Below are positions 58,663 through 64,000 of a stretch of DNA of 64,000 nt, piece by piece; the stretch's first letter is position 1; each line of letters begins with the position of its first letter. The notes beneath the pieces were generated by a model, which did not search any database, had not been told where the DNA came from, and saw only the letters and a list, made by a program, of their open reading frames with translations. The position numbers and the translations under genes were made by a program. The stretch is from Podarcis tiliguerta (lineage: Eukaryota). Location of the stretch: the NCBI GenBank assembly GCA_965153285.1, contig OZ229123.1. One strand, written 5' to 3'.

Positions 58663-61062
58663 CTAGAAGCATGGAGGAAGGGTGATGATTTATTAATTTA
58701 TGTACCACGTAGATGCCAAAATGGTTTCTAACCATTTTGCAGAGTACACAGCGGCATCAAAACACCCTTAATCTGAAAGCATGACAATGAAAGACAGTTT
58801 GAAAAAAGCAGTGAAAACAATAAAACCACAAGTTCAAGTTCAGGGAAAGGCTTACCTAAGCAGATGTGTAACCAGGTGGTGGCAGAATGCCAACGGTAAT
58901 GGGGTGTCTCGCATTTCATCAGGGAAGGCATTCCACAACACTGGTGCCACCAGCAAAAAATTTAAATAAAACTCTGTTACCACAAGCCGATAATCATGAG
59001 ATTGTGGGCCCTGCTGTGGTGCTGATGGCCTGGCATTTGCCCATGGGAGCTGCCTTACAGAATTGCTGTTTTGTTTTATGTGGCTGAATCTCTCCCTCCA
59101 CCTGCCTTTGTTTCTGCCACCCTTGGTGCCCTCCAGGAACTGGCAGAAGCCATGACTGTACAGCCCTCTGTGGGAATGCTGTGACCTTAGGGGGGCGGAT
59201 TTCAACAACAGTTGCAGTTGCAAAGAGGAACAGCCTCTCTGACAGCCTGCTTGCACTCTTTGGAGTCATCAGTGGCCCTTGCTGGGTCTCTCTGCCATGG
59301 GAGGAGGGCACTGGGCATCTTGATTGAGTCAGCGTGGCTTAGGACATGGCTCCTCTGAGCTGCTCCCCACATGCATGCTGACAGTACTGGGCAAGGAAGA
59401 GGCAACCCAAGAAGACACTCCCTCATGTGTGACCCAGCCAACCTGGTTGGCAGTGACTGGGGAGAGTTTTTTCTCCCAGGGAGAAGAAGGGGCATCTGAA
59501 GGTCTGCACTGGGTCATCTGACTGGACCAGTGGCTGGATCTTGCTTCAGCATTGGCAGTAGGACAGCACCCAGCACTGCAGTGGGTCACACCCACCCCAT
59601 ACACATTGAAAGTGCACAGTTCCCCCCCAAAGAATCCTGTAGTTTATCCTCAGAGAGCTACAATTCTCAGCACCCTTAAACTGTAGGATTCTTTGGGGAG
59701 AGTCATGCACTTTAAATGTGGGAGAGTCTCTGAGGGCAGGCAGTGGTGGAGGGGGCGCAGCAGGTCATATGGCACATGGTGGTCTGCCTCCCAATACTTT
59801 GCAGGGGCTCCCTCTCCCACACCACCAACACAGCACCTGGATCCTATATAGGCGACAGGGCACGGGCTTGCTCTTCCCTTGTCTGAAGACTGAAAGGGCC
59901 AGTGCTGAGCTCCTACCCAGCTTCTATAGCCTGGTCTCCCAGCTGCCTGCCCCTGCCTGCAACCAGATCTGGGCCCTGCCCTGAGCTAGGAGATCAAATG
60001 ACACCATTGATTGTGTGCTTGATCAGCTGGCTTCCAAAAAGATCCCTTCCTCCCAAATCCCAGGGCACGACAATAGACCTGGGCCAAGCAAAACTGGCTG
60101 GCTGCATTTTTCTCAGGCCCAGAGGTCTCCTGTGGGTGGGCAGCCAGCCAGCTAGCTAGCCACCTGGACAGCCACCTGGAATCTCAGCCTCCAGGCTTCC
60201 TTTCCTAATGTCCAGAAGTGGAGGAGAGTCCAAGAGAAGGCTCAGCAGGGGAATACCTGCCTTTCTGATAGGGAAGGAGTGCGTGCACACTATGACATTT
60301 GCCCTCCCGGCCACCTTGTTCCCAACAGGAGGCTCCCCAAGGTGCTAGTCCACAACAAGCAAGGAGCCCCAGCATGGGGGTGTGGCTGCGAGGTCTGTAG
60401 ATGGAAGAAAGGGACCGAAGCCCACAAGGGCGCCTTCTTACTCCAGGCATGGGCTGCCAGTCTCCCCCCCCCCCCCATTTATCCATTGCCTCTGCCCAGT
60501 TGAATTGATGCATTTGTTTCAGTGGTGGGGTTGTGTAACGATAACGGTATTAGAAACCCACCTGCCAATGGAGATGCCTGAGCACCTCTGCAGGCAAATT
60601 GCAGGATTGCAAAAGGAAGGGCAGAAGCGCTGGGCTGTTTGGCTTCAAGCCCTCTAGCCCCCTCCTCTCTCCCAGCCACTGGCTGCCCTTGGAGAGCTTT
60701 GCTCCCTCCTTCCATCTCTCGTCCCAGGAAAAGGGAGGCCTGGAGTGGAGTTGGCCTCTCTCCCAAGCTGCTTTTGTCCTGGCTGCCAGGGCTTTGCCTC
60801 CCTCCTTTTGCAATGGGTGCTGCTGCTGCTGCTGCTGCCACCGTTTGCTTGGGACCAATCCGGAGCCACATCTTGGCCACCCTCCCTCTGGGAAGATGAA
60901 AACAGCCACTGCCTTTCCTCCTCCCCCACTTCCTCCCCCGCCTCTCTCTCTCCCCCACTTCGCTCCGCTGGGCCCCTGATCCTCCCCGTGCTGATGCCAA
61001 TGCTCATTGACCCACCACCTCGACCCTTGCTAGTTCCCGGGGCCATTCTCTCATGCTCCTCC

Positions 61063-61114
61063 GTTGCCATGGCAAACCAAGTGGCAGGCATTCATCACGG
61101 GTTGCCGTGGTTAC
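61063..61114. promoter_or_regulatory. Two adjacent RFX X-box motifs
   Basis: GTTGCCATGGCAAAC (61063-61077) and GTTGCCGTGGTTAC (61101-61114; the reverse complement fits GTNRCC-NN-RGYAAC). Confidence 0.45.
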
Positions 61115-61989
61115 TGCTGGACGGATGCAGCGAGGAGGTCCTCGAGGGGGCTCCTGAGCAGAGTCCCACCTGGACCCTCTTCATCCTCCTCTCCCTCCTG
61201 ACAGCTGTGTTTGGGAGGAAAGAAGCCTGCTCAACCATCCCAGCGCCCCAAAGAAGGGGAAGCAGGGAGAATCCTTTTTTTTTAGGGCCAAGCCTGTACA
61301 TTGAAACCCTCCCCCATCTCCTCGAGTGCTTGCTCCTTTTGGTGCACAGTTTGTTTTCCTAAAGTGAGGGGAGAGGTGATGGTTCTGTGTACTCCCTTTT
61401 TGTGTAAGGACAGGGTGCGGATGGGCCCCTGCCAGGGCTCCCAGAGTCATAATTCCCCTGGAAGAGTTGAGAGAGCAAATATCTGCACTGAGTTCAAGGC
61501 AAGAGTGGGAGATCTTCCTTTCTGAAAGTCACGTGGCGGTTCCTGCCATGATGCTCAGGGACTGCTCCTCCATTATATGTGAACTGGAAGGCCACAGGAG
61601 CCATGTTCTCTGCCATGAGCATGTCTCCCTCTCTGCTTCTCCCTTTAAGATCCAGAGGCCGAGTGCTGGGCATGAGCAAATGATTCCTTTGCCACCATCC
61701 TTGGCAGAGCTGCCACTACCCACTGGAAGGGGTGGGGGACTTAAATGCAGGCAATGCCAAAAGGTTTCTCCTTCACACAGGGCTTCCCAGAGCTCAGGGG
61801 GCTTCTTAATTCTTAGAACCACCCCACAAGGGTGCTGTGGTTGCTGGATGTGGAAGGGAAGCAGAAAGAGAAGGGGATAGAGTTCTGTGCATGGGTGACT
61901 TGGGGATTCTCATTCCCTGAAGTACCTCCTCTATTTGTTCAGAGTGATGGTATCCCACCCTCTGCTTCAGCTCTAAAACCTCTCAGGGC

Positions 61990-62660
61990 AACTGACTTGT
62001 GAAATGAAAGCTAATGGAGTATTATTTTTTTGCTGTGGTTGGGGATGCACACATCTCAGGCCCTGATGGGTCAGCATCTGGAGCCTTGCAGGGTCTGCCA
62101 TGACCAATTGGCTTTGCATTTTGCTGATGAAATTGCTCAAACTTGTTCCAAGGTGCTCTGGGTGGGACTGTCTTTGAAGGTGGTTTTGAACCTGTAATGG
62201 TTATAGAAAGTGGCAGCTGAGGTTATATCGCACCTATACTGTGCTGGTTAATGTGACTGCCTGTTCATTCCTGTGCCCAGTTCAAGGTGCTGGTTTTGGT
62301 CTTCAAGGTCTTAAACCATTTAGGACCAGGTTACCTGAAGGGCTGTTTGCCCACCTGAACGTTGAGATCAGCGCCTGAGGTTCTGAGGTCTGGCCTGCCA
62401 GCAGAAGAGGTTAGATTGGTGGGCAGCAGAGACAGGGCCTTTTGAGTGGAGATCCCACATCTCTGGAAGCCTCTCTCCAGGAAGAGATGTACATCTTGGA
62501 CACTGATAGCCTTTAAGGAAACTCTGAAGATGTTTCTGTTCCAGCCTGTGTTTGATTATTTCATATGCTGTGCTTGAATTTCTTTTAAAATTAGTGGTTC
62601 TATTGAAATTGCTGCTGTCTTTATGAGCTTAAAAAAAGCATATGAACAACTTTTAGAAGG
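61990..62660 (+). mobile_element. Degraded L2-type LINE 3' fragment
   Basis: CAGTTCAAGGTGCTGGTTTTGGTCTTCAAG...GACAGGGCCTTT motifs typical of L2 3' ends. Confidence 0.55.
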
Positions 62661-62684
62661 TGGTGGGTTATAAATATTTGAATA

Positions 62685-62910
62685 CAGTGGTACCTCAGGT
62701 TAAGTACTTAATTTGTTCCGGAGGTCCGTTCTTAACCTGAAACTGTTCTTAACCTGAAGCACCACTTTAGCTAATGGGGCCTCCTGCTGCCGCCGTGCCG
62801 CTGGAGCACAATTTCTGTTCTCATCCTGAAGCAAAGTTCTTAACCTGAAGCACTATTTCTGGGTTAATGGAGTCTGTAACCTGAAGCGTATGTAACCTGA
62901 GGTACCACTG
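62685..62910. mobile_element. Tigger-like MITE (GGTTAAG subfamily)
   Basis: Perfect 18-bp TIR CAGTGGTACCTCAGGTTA; TA TSD. Confidence 0.9.
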
Positions 62911-64000
62911 TAAATAAGAACTCAAAATACAGCACAACAATACAACACATACCGTCTTTAGGCATTACTGCCCTGAAGAGGAAGCACACACATAAGGGAA
63001 CAGCACTGCCAAATCATTGCCCAGCTCCTTCTAGCTTCTCCATCGTTTGACTGCTATTGCTGAAGCAAGGAGCTTCCTGTGCTCATGGAGGCTCCCCACA
63101 AATGCTCCTCCAGTGCAGGAGGCTTCCTGCATCAGAAGGAAGGGACTAAATAGTGCCTGAAGAGGACTTCAGTTAAAACGAGCTCCAAAATATGTTGGGT
63201 GAGCAGTAAGAGCATCTTTGCTGGCACCCAAAGGACATCAGCACCAGACAAGAGTCTTGGTTGCAGATGCTGAGGTGGGCACTGCACTGGGTCCTCTCTC
63301 TCTCTCTCCACAGTTGCCACCCACCGGACTTCAGAGGGCTTCTATTGGAGGGCTCAGGTGACAATCATAAAGTCCAGGTGGGCTTATCTGGGAGGAGGAG
63401 GAAAGATCCACAGCTGTGCCTGCCTGTAAAGCTGCTATTACATAAAAGCCCCCAGGGTGGCTTCCACCAGCGTAATTGAAAACAGACACACGTAGCAATA
63501 AATATAAAACCAGCAGTAATAAAAAAGAAAGCAGCAAAACAAAACAAAAACCCATAACCAGTTTACAGCTTAAAGCTGTAAGGAAATGCAGAAGTCCTTT
63601 GCCTGGCACTGAGATGACATCAGGCCTTTAATGGGCAGCACTTTGAATTGTGCCCAGAAATGGATGGGCAGCAGCCTGGTGGCCAGGGGTCCTCTCTAGA
63701 GCCACTCCCAGCCCAACAGCTGCATTCTGACATTTCTGCGGAATCTTCCAAGGCAGGCAAGCAGGCCCATGTGCACCGCAGATTGCAGCTGTGGTTTAAG
63801 CTAGGAAGCTTCAGCTCTCTAATTATTCTTGATGGAGGGGTTGAGTTCTAGTCTGAAGAACATCAGAAGAGCCTGCCTGCCTGCAGCAGCTGGGTCACAC
63901 CACAGGTTCACCTAGTTCTCTGTCTTGTTCCAAACCAATGCGGAACTCATAAGCAAGCTGGCCCTGAGCCCTCCTTTGCACTGGGCAGCACATGCCGTTT

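Noticed and set aside
60745-61362. ORF with hydrophobic stretches as possible SEMA4B signal-peptide exon
   Set aside because: Lacks the PRISL-type motif and a suitable donor; cannot be assigned.

Overview
Vertebrate genomic DNA from a lacertid lizard, judged from Sauria/POM-type SINEs, tRNA-Ala SINEs, L1/L2/CR1 fragments and many DNA-transposon MITEs. It holds the ARPIN(-) / ZNF710(+) / IDH2(-) block syntenic with human 15q26.1. All coding exons could be reconstructed with GT-AG junctions: ARPIN 226 aa; ZNF710 about 653 aa, including a 140-N gap; IDH2 451 aa. The most striking unexplained structure is gene-fragment capture by non-autonomous DNA transposons. An 852-bp hAT element (54350-55201; TIRs and 8-bp TSD) carries coding exon 1 and the splice donor of CRPPA/ISPD, a gene from another locus. 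A Tigger-like MITE in IDH2 intron 4 carries about 340 bp of CpG-island/exon-like cargo that its sibling copy at 29223 lacks. A third hAT MITE in ARPIN intron 2 has similar cargo. Also present are a TSD-flanked ORF1-only (HAL1-like) retroelement, a MITE built from palindromes, unusual IDH2 substitutions and a possible presequence-less IDH2 first exon. All homologies are from recalled protein or repeat sequences; no searches were run.
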